Sequence record: OR699282.2
From: Escherichia phage BAU.Micro_ELP-22
Reading direction: 5' to 3' (one strand)
Length of the DNA stretch: 64,000 bases
Shown here: positions 1 through 10,876 of the stretch, in pieces
Layout: each line of letters starts with the position of its first letter
Position numbering within the stretch: the stretch's first letter is position 1
Notes under the pieces: generated by a model
Told to the model about the DNA's origin: nothing
Seen by the model: only the letters and a program-made list of their open reading frames with translations
Databases searched by the model: none
Translations under genes and position numbers: made by a program

Positions 1-1
1 G

Positions 2-160
2 TTCAAACATCTAAATTATTTTTGTAAAGTTGATCGAGATGTTCATGTACACTTCCCGAAAATTGGAGCCGATTTGGGCGGCGGTAACTGGAACGTTATC
101 AAAGAAATCATTGATCACCGACTGGTCAATGCAGAAAAACACTTATACATTCTAAAATAA
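2..160 (+). CDS. 3' end of an upstream gene (partial, product unknown)
   Basis: Frame open from window edge to TAA at 158-160; no start codon inside the window. Confidence 0.3.
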   Translation, partial: FKHLNYFCKVDRDVHVHFPKIGADLGGGNWNVIKEIIDHRLVNAEKHLYILK

Positions 161-179
161 ACAAAAGGACTTGACAAAA

Positions 180-488
180 ATGACTATGACCGTTAAACTA
201 CTAAACATCAATAACATTGGCCCAGTACTAGCAGTTCTACAAACCGATTCTGCTGAAGCTGTTGTAGTTAACTACCCAGCACAACTAGGGACTGACGAAA
301 ATGGTGAAATCATTCTTCGTGATTATCTAGAGTTTGTTAGTATGGAGAAAAATGTTATTTTTTATAAATCCAACATTATTAGTGTTAGTGATGCAAACCC
401 TGCATTAGTTGATGCTTATGTGGATGCTATTAAAGCAATCGAAAACACTCCAAAAGTTTTCGTTCCTGAGAATAAAATCATTCTATAA
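180..488 (+). CDS. hypothetical protein
   Basis: ORF-track start at 171 is TTG; first in-frame ATG is at 180 (MTMTVKL...), with AAGGA upstream. Confidence 0.45.
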   Translation: MTMTVKLLNINNIGPVLAVLQTDSAEAVVVNYPAQLGTDENGEIILRDYLEFVSMEKNVIFYKSNIISVSDANPALVDAYVDAIKAIENTPKVFVPENKIIL

Positions 489-500
489 TAGAGGTATATA

Positions 501-878
501 ATGGCTGCTAATGACGTTAAAGTAAAAACTATCCAAGCTATCGTAGTACTGAAAGATTCTACACCATCCCCTAAAGAATTAGTAATGGCTGGGATGACTA
601 TGTTACATCAATACAACCCTGAATCACCTAACTATGTTCAAGAATACGAAGCTAAGAAGTTTAAAGAACATTGGCAGTCATGGATTAAAGATAATGAAAT
701 GGAGCAGGTAGTTTATGCTGCTGATGACATTTTCGAACTGGAACAAATTGAATATCTAGCTGGTCAGCAATCAGTACCATTGAGCATTTTCGGTAATGGT
801 GAAGAAGTTCTGGTATTGGGACCATTCACTGCTGATGATATCATTCACTTACTGAGTAATTGTAAGAAAATTGAATAA
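501..878 (+). CDS. hypothetical protein
   Basis: ATG start 12 bp after the previous stop; no recognisable motif. Confidence 0.45.
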   Translation: MAANDVKVKTIQAIVVLKDSTPSPKELVMAGMTMLHQYNPESPNYVQEYEAKKFKEHWQSWIKDNEMEQVVYAADDIFELEQIEYLAGQQSVPLSIFGNGEEVLVLGPFTADDIIHLLSNCKKIE

Positions 879-1094
879 AAATTCGAAACTGTCAGGTTAC
901 CGTAACAACACGTTGAAGTACAATGATATTAAGTACTGGGTTGATCCTTACTTAAATAAATCATTGTTAATGTACAGAGATAAATCACGAGATCTATATG
1001 GAATATATGTTACTCAGTTAATATATATAATAGATTCCGAGCATTTTACTCCATTGGTATACCTGTACTGCTTGTATAATTCAAAATAACTATT

Positions 1095-1139
1095 AGCACC
1101 TCTAAATAATGTATATAAACATTAATGAGGTGCTTTTTT
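1095..1139 (+). promoter_or_regulatory. hairpin (8-bp perfect stem AGCACCTC/GAGGTGCT, 24-nt loop, then T-tract) overlapping the SD of the downstream gene
   Basis: Inverted repeat 1095-1102 / 1127-1134 followed by TTTTTT; stem 2 contains the GAGG SD for the ATG at 1140. Confidence 0.4.
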
Positions 1140-1931
1140 ATGTCTTACGATTATATGGGTGGAAACCCTGATGCTCCTAACTTTGACCATCGTGAAAAAC
1201 TGAAAGATGTTATCACTCAAATGTTGGGTGCTGGGGCCGTTGAGGTAGAAATTACTGATGGTCAATTAGAAATTGCAATTGATAATGCGGTATCGAATTA
1301 CAGAGCGTGGAGTTCTGCTTCTAAAGAAGAAGCATTTTTAAATATGAAATTTTATGATTCACAATCTGTATATATGCTACCAACTGAAGTTGAAATTGTT
1401 AAAAAGATTTATCGTTATGGTAATGGTTACTTAAGTTCTGGTAGTGGGAACTCAGTAGATCCGTTTTCTCTAGCATTCACCAACACTTACTTATTGACTT
1501 CAGCACGAAATGCAGGTGGATATGATCTAACTACATATGATTTTAGTTTTCAGTTCCAAGAACTGGTAGGTCGTATGTTTGGTCGTGATATTATATTTCA
1601 ATTTAACCCAATGACCAAAAAATTAATTATAGATCGTGATATTCGCGGTACTGAAGAAGTACTATTACACGTATATCATAATATTCCTGAACCATTGTTG
1701 TTTCAAAGACAGCAAAGTTATCCTTGGCTACGTGATTGGGCATTGTCTGAAGCCATGATTATGTTGGGTCGTAACCGTGCCAAATTTGCTTCTCTTCCAG
1801 GTCCACAGGGAACGTTTTCTATGGATGGTGATACATTACGTAATGAAGGATTACAACTTCAGGAACAGCTTAAAGAGCGTTTGAAACGTTATCAAGATGG
1901 TGCTGAACCACTAGGTATGATTATTGGTTAA
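1140..1931 (+). CDS. hypothetical protein (possible virion protein by position)
   Basis: ORF 1125-1931; ATG at 1140 preferred (GAGGTG 8 nt upstream); no recognised motif. Confidence 0.45.
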   Translation: MSYDYMGGNPDAPNFDHREKLKDVITQMLGAGAVEVEITDGQLEIAIDNAVSNYRAWSSASKEEAFLNMKFYDSQSVYMLPTEVEIVKKIYRYGNGYLSSGSGNSVDPFSLAFTNTYLLTSARNAGGYDLTTYDFSFQFQELVGRMFGRDIIFQFNPMTKKLIIDRDIRGTEEVLLHVYHNIPEPLLFQRQQSYPWLRDWALSEAMIMLGRNRAKFASLPGPQGTFSMDGDTLRNEGLQLQEQLKERLKRYQDGAEPLGMIIG

Positions 1932-1940
1932 ATTAAAAAA

Positions 1941-1962
1941 GACTCCTATATGGAGTCTTTTT
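1941..1962 (+). terminator. rho-independent terminator
   Basis: GACTCC-tatat-GGAGTC stem-loop followed by TTTTT. Confidence 0.55.
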
Positions 1963-1971
1963 CACATTATG

Positions 1972-1980
1972 TGATATAAT
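1972..1980 (+). promoter_or_regulatory. extended -10 element TGnTATAAT
   Basis: GTGATATAAT; the same 10-mer recurs at 14314-14323 and 40171-40180. Confidence 0.4.
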
Positions 1981-2007
1981 GATAATATTAATCTTAAGGA
2001 ACCTAAC

Positions 2008-2277
2008 ATGAATAACAACATAGATGCAATGTATAACAAATATAGTTGTGGTGCACCTACATTAGATTATGAGTCAACTGAAAAATTCTGGAAATTTTTA
2101 AAAGAATCAATCGTTGATGTTTTCGGTAGAGATCGAATAAACGCGTGGGCGAGTATATGTCGTGATGATAATGGAGAAACATTCTACATCACTTATGTTA
2201 CTATATATTATGGGAGCGAGTTTATAGTTCAATTACTTGAATGTTTAGTAGGAAAGGATTTAGTAGTACTTATATAA
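2008..2277 (+). CDS. hypothetical protein
   Basis: 89-aa ORF with ATG start; no motif. Confidence 0.4.
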   Translation: MNNNIDAMYNKYSCGAPTLDYESTEKFWKFLKESIVDVFGRDRINAWASICRDDNGETFYITYVTIYYGSEFIVQLLECLVGKDLVVLI

Positions 2278-2295
2278 TATACATGGAGAAGTATT

Positions 2296-2922
2296 ATGGA
2301 AAGACAAATAATTGCAATTAACGGTACTATTGGAAGTGGTAAAGATACTTTTGGAGAAACTTTTATTAATAATGGTTACACCAGAATGTCATTTGCAACT
2401 AATCTTAAAGATTCCGTTGCTGCTATTTTTGGATGGGATCGTGAAATGCTTGAAGGTTCAACTAAGGAAAGTCGTAAGATTCGTGAAGAACCGGACCAGT
2501 ACTGGTGTGATAAGTTAGGTCGTAGTGATGTATCCCCTCGATGGGTATTGCAGAATTATGGTACTAATATTTTGCGTAAGTATTTTCATAATGATATTTG
2601 GGTATTCAGTTTAGAAAAATCAATGCAAGAAATAGATGGAAATATCATCATCACTGATTGCCGTTTTCCAAATGAATTAAAAATGATTAGATCGCAAAAT
2701 GGGACTATTATTGAAGTTCAACGTGTTCTACCACATTGGTATGGTTTGGCGGCCTCTTATAATAAAGGGGATATTAATATTAAACCAGTTGAACTAGAAT
2801 CAGTACACGAATCTGAGTGGGCTTGGATTGGCATAAACAATCCTGATATAATTGTACAGAATAACAGTACTATTGATGATTTACATAAAAAAGCAATGGA
2901 CATTATTTATTCTAATACATAA
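2296..2922 (+). CDS. P-loop nucleotide kinase, dNMP-kinase-like
   Basis: N-terminal Walker A GTIGSGKDT; size and layout resemble phage deoxynucleoside monophosphate kinases; GGAG SD 7 nt upstream. Confidence 0.5.
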   Translation: MERQIIAINGTIGSGKDTFGETFINNGYTRMSFATNLKDSVAAIFGWDREMLEGSTKESRKIREEPDQYWCDKLGRSDVSPRWVLQNYGTNILRKYFHNDIWVFSLEKSMQEIDGNIIITDCRFPNELKMIRSQNGTIIEVQRVLPHWYGLAASYNKGDINIKPVELESVHESEWAWIGINNPDIIVQNNSTIDDLHKKAMDIIYSNT

Positions 2923-3016
2923 ATTATAAACAATAAGGACTGGACAATTAAATCCTTCAATAAATAAGACTATACGAATATATTTCGAATAACCAATTAT
3001 TTTTGGAGGATTTAAT

Positions 3017-5680
3017 ATGGCAGGAGATCTACTCTCACCTGGCGTTTCCATTTCAGTAACTGATGAAAGTATGAGTACCGCTGCTGCTCCTGGCACTGTA
3101 CCACTATTTGTAATCGCTACTGCTGAAGACAAACTTGTCCCAGGAAGCAGTGCAATAGCTGCGGGAACTACTAAAGCAAACGCTGGAAAACTACAGCTTC
3201 TAACATCACAAAAAAGCTCACTTGATACCTATGGTACACCAATTTTTCAAATGAATAACGGTTCTGTTGTTCAAGGTGATGAACTAAACGAATATGGCCT
3301 ACATGCAGTATATTCTTATCTAGGCATTACTAACCGTGCATATGTAATTCGTGCTGATATCGATCTAGCACAACTAGCACCAAGTGCTGAAGCACCAACT
3401 GGCCCAGTATCCAATGGTACTTTGTGGTTTGATACCGCACAATCACAAGTAGAAGCGTATGTAGCGAAGAAAGATAGTCCAAGCAGTTTTTATGATTGGC
3501 AACTTAAGCCAGTAACTATTGTAAGTGCTGAAGAAGTTGAAGATGTAAGTCTAGTAGGTTTAAATGTTGATGATTTAGTTCTACGTTACAAACCAAGCAA
3601 TGGTCAGATGCTAATGTATAAACGTTCTGCTTCTGGGCTAGTGCAAATGGAAACTTATCTATCACCAATTAACAAAGTTCCAGTTGGCTCAACTGTAGAA
3701 AAAGGTAACATTTGGATTCGTGATGGTTACACCCAAAATGGTTCAAACTATTTTGGTACTCGTTTTGTTATTAAACGTTATGCATCCCTAACTCAAGTTT
3801 GGAATATTGTACCAGCATATACTGGTAATTCATTCCAAGAAATTGAAGCGAAAAGTGGTGTACTAAACAATAGTTATATCGCATCTCGTTTTGATGAAGA
3901 TAGTAAGAGTTTCTCTTTCTATATTCAAAGTGCAAAACTAACAACAATTAGTGCTCCTGCTTTGCCACTTGGTGAAACTATTATTGAACAAGCAGGTGCT
4001 GATAGTTATATGACTTTTGTTTATTTGAATAAATCAGTTAAAGTACTAGCAGTTCCACAAGGCGGTGTTATTAATACCCAAACTATCATCAATAATCTAA
4101 ATGCAAATGCTGAAATTATTAACGATGGTTTTAAATTTAAACGTGAAACTAATGGTGGTTTAGTTGTTTCCAATACAAAAGGTTACAGTTTCAAAATCAC
4201 ACAAAGTGGTGATGATATTTTTGCTGAATCTGAACTACAAAAACTAACAGTAGATAGTAACAACTACTCTCTAATTAACGTGAATAACTTCCGTGTTAGT
4301 TATTCAGTACCACGTAGTGTAGCAAAAGAAGGAACTCTCTGGTATGATTTCGGGAACTCCGATAATCTAACTGTAACTATGTATGTTGCTGATGTTGCTA
4401 ATGATGAATGGGATCTAGTACAAGAAGAAAACAAATATGTACAAGTTGATGAACCAGCGGCTGACCGTTTAATTTGGGTTTGTCCTTTGTCTCAAGGCAT
4501 TGATGGTTATGATTTCTATCGTAACGTTGATGGTGAATGGGTTAAACTTGACAGTACTGATCAAAGTACACTAAATGGTATGATTTTCCAAGACTTTAAT
4601 TTCCCAAGCCAAGTTCCTGCTGCGGCATTGTATCAAAATGGTATGCTTGCAGTTGACCTAGGTAACACTGAAGGTGTTGTTAAGAAAATGGTTAATGGTC
4701 AATGGGAAGTTGTTAGTGGTGTAAGTCTTGATGGTGCTGGCCTATTTGGTCGTGCTGCACAACGTCAACTAGTAGTTGAAGCACTAGCTGCTGTTATTAT
4801 TGGTAATGATGACATTCGTTCTGAATTTATTGATTTTAACCTAATTTGTGTACCTGGTTACGTTGAAACACTTGATGAATGTGTAACTTTAAACACTGAT
4901 CGTAAAGAAACTGCATTTATTGTTACTGACGTTCCAGCACGTTTGAATCCAACTGGAAACGGTAGTGCTGTACAACAATGGGCTACTAATGCTAACAATG
5001 CACCAAGCAACGGTTCAGTTGGTCGTACAACTGCTTATGATTATGCTGCTCAGTATATGGGTTGGTGTCTAAGTACTAACGTTGATGGTGAAGAAGTTGC
5101 AGTTCCTGGTAGTACTATTGCAATGCGTACATATGCATACAGTGATAGTGTTAGTTATGTATGGTATCCACCTGCTGGTACAACTCGTGGTGTTGTAACA
5201 AACGCTGCAAGTACTGGTTTTATCAACAGCGAAGGTGAATATCAACCAGTAGTATACAACCAAGGTCAACGTGACGTTATGTATACTAACAACATTAACC
5301 CAATTGCAATGCGTCCTAACCGTGGTTTGCTTGTTTATGGAGATAAAACTCTATCTGCTAATCAAACTTCTGCACTAAGTCGTGTTAACGTTGCTCGTTT
5401 AGTTGTTTATATTCGTCGTCAACTAGAAATTATTTCCGAACCATTCCTATTCCGTTTGAATACTCCAAGTACTCGTCAGGAATTTAGTGGTGTAGTTAAT
5501 AGCTTCTTGGCTGAAATTGTTCAACAACAGGGTCTTTATAACTTCGCAGTGGTTTGTGATGAAAGTAACAACACCGCAGAGCGTATTGACCGTAATGAAC
5601 TTTGGATGGATATTGCAATTCAACCAACTAAGAGTATTAACTTCATTTACGTACCAATCCGTATCGAGAAAACTCAATAA
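3017..5680 (+). CDS. tail sheath protein (large, 887 aa)
   Basis: N-terminal MAGDLLSPGVSISVTDES... and C-terminal ...RLVVYIRRQLEIISEPFLF... have the character of contractile tail sheath proteins; sits directly upstream of tube-like genes; strong SD. Confidence 0.75.
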   Translation: MAGDLLSPGVSISVTDESMSTAAAPGTVPLFVIATAEDKLVPGSSAIAAGTTKANAGKLQLLTSQKSSLDTYGTPIFQMNNGSVVQGDELNEYGLHAVYSYLGITNRAYVIRADIDLAQLAPSAEAPTGPVSNGTLWFDTAQSQVEAYVAKKDSPSSFYDWQLKPVTIVSAEEVEDVSLVGLNVDDLVLRYKPSNGQMLMYKRSASGLVQMETYLSPINKVPVGSTVEKGNIWIRDGYTQNGSNYFGTRFVIKRYASLTQVWNIVPAYTGNSFQEIEAKSGVLNNSYIASRFDEDSKSFSFYIQSAKLTTISAPALPLGETIIEQAGADSYMTFVYLNKSVKVLAVPQGGVINTQTIINNLNANAEIINDGFKFKRETNGGLVVSNTKGYSFKITQSGDDIFAESELQKLTVDSNNYSLINVNNFRVSYSVPRSVAKEGTLWYDFGNSDNLTVTMYVADVANDEWDLVQEENKYVQVDEPAADRLIWVCPLSQGIDGYDFYRNVDGEWVKLDSTDQSTLNGMIFQDFNFPSQVPAAALYQNGMLAVDLGNTEGVVKKMVNGQWEVVSGVSLDGAGLFGRAAQRQLVVEALAAVIIGNDDIRSEFIDFNLICVPGYVETLDECVTLNTDRKETAFIVTDVPARLNPTGNGSAVQQWATNANNAPSNGSVGRTTAYDYAAQYMGWCLSTNVDGEEVAVPGSTIAMRTYAYSDSVSYVWYPPAGTTRGVVTNAASTGFINSEGEYQPVVYNQGQRDVMYTNNINPIAMRPNRGLLVYGDKTLSANQTSALSRVNVARLVVYIRRQLEIISEPFLFRLNTPSTRQEFSGVVNSFLAEIVQQQGLYNFAVVCDESNNTAERIDRNELWMDIAIQPTKSINFIYVPIRIEKTQ

Positions 5681-5687
5681 AACACTA

Positions 5688-5712
5688 AGGGAACCTTTTG
5701 GTTCCCTTTTTT
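5688..5712 (+). terminator. rho-independent terminator
   Basis: AGGGAACC-tttt-GGTTCCCT then TTTTTT, immediately after the sheath stop. Confidence 0.65.
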
Positions 5713-5759
5713 ATTGATTAAAATTAAATACCTTTATATTGATGTTATAAAGGAACATT

Positions 5760-5885
5760 ATGGATATGGAAGAAATACTAAAAAAAACAATACAAGATGT
5801 CAGTAAAATAGTTTTAACTCAGTTGGAATCAGTACACATACTAAATATATTTTTAAAAAATTTGGAAGATTGTCGGTATAATTGA
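5760..5885 (+). CDS. possible small protein (41 aa)
   Basis: ATG preceded by AAGGAA at 5-6 nt spacing, inside a 380-bp gap between sheath and tube genes; below the ORF-track size cutoff. Confidence 0.25.
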   Translation: MDMEEILKKTIQDVSKIVLTQLESVHILNIFLKNLEDCRYN

Positions 5886-6075
5886 AAAATACGAAGTATA
5901 CACAAATGGAAAATGGTCTATATCAGTAAACTATATTGACCACACTAAACGAAAAAGATACTTATATTGTGTTAATATTAATTGGTTCCCTGTTGATGAC
6001 ACTTTAGTTAATTAAAAATATACTTCCAGATAGATAAATAATATAAAGATGTCATTCCATAATAGGAGAATATAA

Positions 6076-6762
6076 ATGGCTACAATGCTTGATCGATATG
6101 GCGTACCGCTCGCTGGCGGTGGTCGTATCTCTATGAAACAACCAAAAGCAAAATACAAATTTCGTGTTATTTTCTTTGGTTTTGGTACTAATGATGATGG
6201 TAATATGATTACACTAGACACCAATACAGTTGGGGCAGTATCTGTATCACATGAAAATGTCACTGTTCATAGTTACAACAGTTCTGCACACTATAAAGGT
6301 AAGTACACTTGGGATACAATTGATGTTGCTTTCCGTGACTCAGTAGGTAATGCTTCTGCTAAAGCACTATACAACCAAATGCGTAAAGAATTCAACTACT
6401 ACAGTCAAGAATCTCGCATGACTGATTCACAATTTAAATTCGAAATGTGGATTCAAGAACTTGATGGTTCTAATAGTGAAAATACAACAAACTTGTTTGA
6501 AGGAACATTGAGTACTTGGGTATGTCAAGGTTGCTTTATTGAATCCAGCAACTTTGGTGATTGGGATTATTCCTCAAGTGAAGCACAAGTTATTTCAATG
6601 ACTGTTCAACCAGATGGTTGTGCTAAATTGGGTCCAAATGGCGAAGCGTTCGGTGATGAAGTTAGTGGCTTCGGTAATCCATCAACTGCTACCTCTATTT
6701 CTGGTGCACAAACTAATATTAGTAGTACTACTCTACCAGATAGTAACTTCTACGAAAATTAA
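6076..6762 (+). CDS. tail tube-like protein, paralog 1
   Basis: Follows the sheath gene; shares YGVPL..RSM.QPKAKYKFRVI and FRDSVGNASAKAL blocks with the next ORF; AGGAGAA SD. Confidence 0.5.
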   Translation: MATMLDRYGVPLAGGGRISMKQPKAKYKFRVIFFGFGTNDDGNMITLDTNTVGAVSVSHENVTVHSYNSSAHYKGKYTWDTIDVAFRDSVGNASAKALYNQMRKEFNYYSQESRMTDSQFKFEMWIQELDGSNSENTTNLFEGTLSTWVCQGCFIESSNFGDWDYSSSEAQVISMTVQPDGCAKLGPNGEAFGDEVSGFGNPSTATSISGAQTNISSTTLPDSNFYEN

Positions 6763-6783
6763 TTTTATTTAAACTTAATATAT

Positions 6784-6811
6784 AGCCTCGAATCTATTCG
6801 GGGCTTTTTTT
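6784..6811 (+). terminator. rho-independent terminator
   Basis: AGCCTCGAA-tcta-TTCGGGGCT stem (one G-U pair) followed by TTTTTTT. Confidence 0.55.
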
Positions 6812-6857
6812 ATGCTAAATAAAGTATAATGCCTTATAAAATAAAAAAGAGGTTGCT

Positions 6858-7634
6858 ATGGCAAATAACATGATTAATAAATATGGCGTTCCTTTACCAT
6901 CGGGGCGTAATCGTTCAATGCTACAACCGAAAGCAAAATACAAGTTTCGTGTTATTGTGTATAATTTCGGTACTGATATAGATGAACGTGATCACATCGC
7001 ATTAGATGTTGATAAAATTGATAGACCTACTGTAACATTTAGTACTCATAAACTATATCAATTTACTACTAATACTTCCTATATAGGTAGTCATGATTGG
7101 GAACCAATTACAATATCTATCCGTGATTCAGTTGGTAATGCATCAGCAAAAGCATTATCACGCCAATTACAAAAACAACTTGACTTTCAACGCAGAATAA
7201 CTTCAAGAAGTGACCAAGATTATGGTTCTTATAAATTTGGTTTGGTTATACAGATGTTGAGTGGACGTAACTCAGATGATACACTAGGAAATCTAGGAAG
7301 AGATACTCTAGTAGATGCTGCAACTGCTGCAACAAATAATTCTGGCTTAGTAAATGCAGTAGATCAATTTATTGGTGGTTCTTCATATAACAGTGCTGGT
7401 GTTATGGAATACTTTGTTTTAACCGGATGTGTTATTCAAAACATATCATACGATTCATTAGATTATAGCTCAAGTTCTCCAGTTGAAATGGTAGTGACTA
7501 TCAAACCAGATAATTGTATACAATTTGATAATATTGAAGAAATGTATAGTACCAGAATTAATTCACTTTTACCTGAAAATGTCAATCAAGGTTTAGATAT
7601 CATTGATCGTGTTTTTGGTAGTGTAGGATTTTAA
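6858..7634 (+). CDS. tail tube-like protein, paralog 2
   Basis: Paralogous to 6076-6762 (shared N-terminal and central blocks). Confidence 0.5.
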   Translation: MANNMINKYGVPLPSGRNRSMLQPKAKYKFRVIVYNFGTDIDERDHIALDVDKIDRPTVTFSTHKLYQFTTNTSYIGSHDWEPITISIRDSVGNASAKALSRQLQKQLDFQRRITSRSDQDYGSYKFGLVIQMLSGRNSDDTLGNLGRDTLVDAATAATNNSGLVNAVDQFIGGSSYNSAGVMEYFVLTGCVIQNISYDSLDYSSSSPVEMVVTIKPDNCIQFDNIEEMYSTRINSLLPENVNQGLDIIDRVFGSVGF

Positions 7635-7645
7635 GGAGATAATGA

Positions 7646-9753
<2,108 letters not shown>

Positions 9754-9780
9754 CTTAAACGACCTTATGGAGTTATTAAA

Positions 9781-10317
9781 ATGAATAGATTACAACAAAT
9801 CCTAACTGAAAAGAAACCAGTTTATGAATACCGAGTTAAGTTTGCAGTTGAACCAACACCTGAACAACTTAGTAAAGTAACACAGCGACTAATGGATCGC
9901 TATGATGCGTTTGAAATTGGAGCACTAAAGAAAACAATTTTTATGGAAAAACCATTAGATTTCTATGAATTAGATTGTGGTGAAATTTGGATGTTTGACT
10001 TTAAATGTCATCGTGGCGTTCAATCAAATGTACTAATGTATGAAATTGGCAATTTACTAAGCATGACAGAAGCATTGATTCGTGTTCGTAGTAAAGATGA
10101 ACCTCGTCAAATTGAAATGACTGATTTGGAAGATGATATCGATTTTGATGATGTTGATGAACCAGTTATTGGAGTGGATTTTGGCAAACCAGAAGACAGT
10201 TATGACTTAGCTGGACAACAACGTGCAGACACTGCCGTTGATGATGCAATTGAAGCATCGAAAAAAGACAATAAATACTCTCAATATATGAGTGCTGGTT
10301 TTGGTAAAAAGGATTAA
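9781..10317 (+). CDS. hypothetical acidic protein
   Basis: ATG start; acidic DDIDFDDVDE stretch. Confidence 0.4.
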   Translation: MNRLQQILTEKKPVYEYRVKFAVEPTPEQLSKVTQRLMDRYDAFEIGALKKTIFMEKPLDFYELDCGEIWMFDFKCHRGVQSNVLMYEIGNLLSMTEALIRVRSKDEPRQIEMTDLEDDIDFDDVDEPVIGVDFGKPEDSYDLAGQQRADTAVDDAIEASKKDNKYSQYMSAGFGKKD

Positions 10318-10320
10318 CAC

Positions 10321-10863
10321 ATGAGTATACTTAATGAAATGTTAGATTATGAAGACAATGAGTTAAATGAAGCTCGTCCTTATAGTCGTTCACAAAGTGC
10401 AGTTGATAGTGCAAAAGGAAAAGTAAAAGGCTTTTTTGGTAGTGGACAGATTGAACAAGGTGCACAAGAAGTTGGTGCTGAAGCCAACCGCTTATGGGCA
10501 GAGTTTAAACGTTATGTTGGACGTAAATATGGTAAAGCTCAACCATCAGTACCTTACGCTGATGTGGCACAGTTTTTTAAAGGTAACAATCTTGATATTA
10601 AACATTTAGGGAACAATCCTCGTCGTTCTTTTACACCAAAAGATGTAGGTACTGCTCTATTAAATGCTGCTCGTGATATAATGAATGACTACCGTGACCA
10701 ACAAGGTGGCGAAGAAAGTTCAGAATCACAACCATCACAATCGACCTCAACTGAGCAACCAGCACAACAAGAACAACCAAAAGCACAAGGTTCCAGTATC
10801 CCTGATGCTCTACAAAAATTAAGTCCAGAGCAACGCGACCAACTGTTACGTATGCTTTCTTAA
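10321..10863 (+). CDS. hypothetical protein
   Basis: ATG 4 bp after previous stop; Q/E/S-rich tail ending ...QLLRMLS. Confidence 0.4.
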   Translation: MSILNEMLDYEDNELNEARPYSRSQSAVDSAKGKVKGFFGSGQIEQGAQEVGAEANRLWAEFKRYVGRKYGKAQPSVPYADVAQFFKGNNLDIKHLGNNPRRSFTPKDVGTALLNAARDIMNDYRDQQGGEESSESQPSQSTSTEQPAQQEQPKAQGSSIPDALQKLSPEQRDQLLRMLS

Positions 10864-10876
10864 GGAGAATCAACAC

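Noticed and set aside
871-1089. 72-aa ORF in the gap between 501-878 and 1140-1931
   Set aside because: Begins at TTG with no in-frame ATG or SD, and has AT-rich low-complexity composition. More likely non-coding regulatory sequence.
2312-2518. 68-aa alternative-frame ORF inside the kinase-like gene
   Set aside because: Out of frame with the Walker-A-containing ORF and lacks its own initiation signals.
5713-6075. tRNA genes in the larger intergenic gaps (also 879-1124, 14179-14492, 30106-30243)
   Set aside because: No GGTTCGAATCC-type T-loop or cloverleaf-compatible stems were seen by eye. A tRNAscan run would be needed to exclude them formally.
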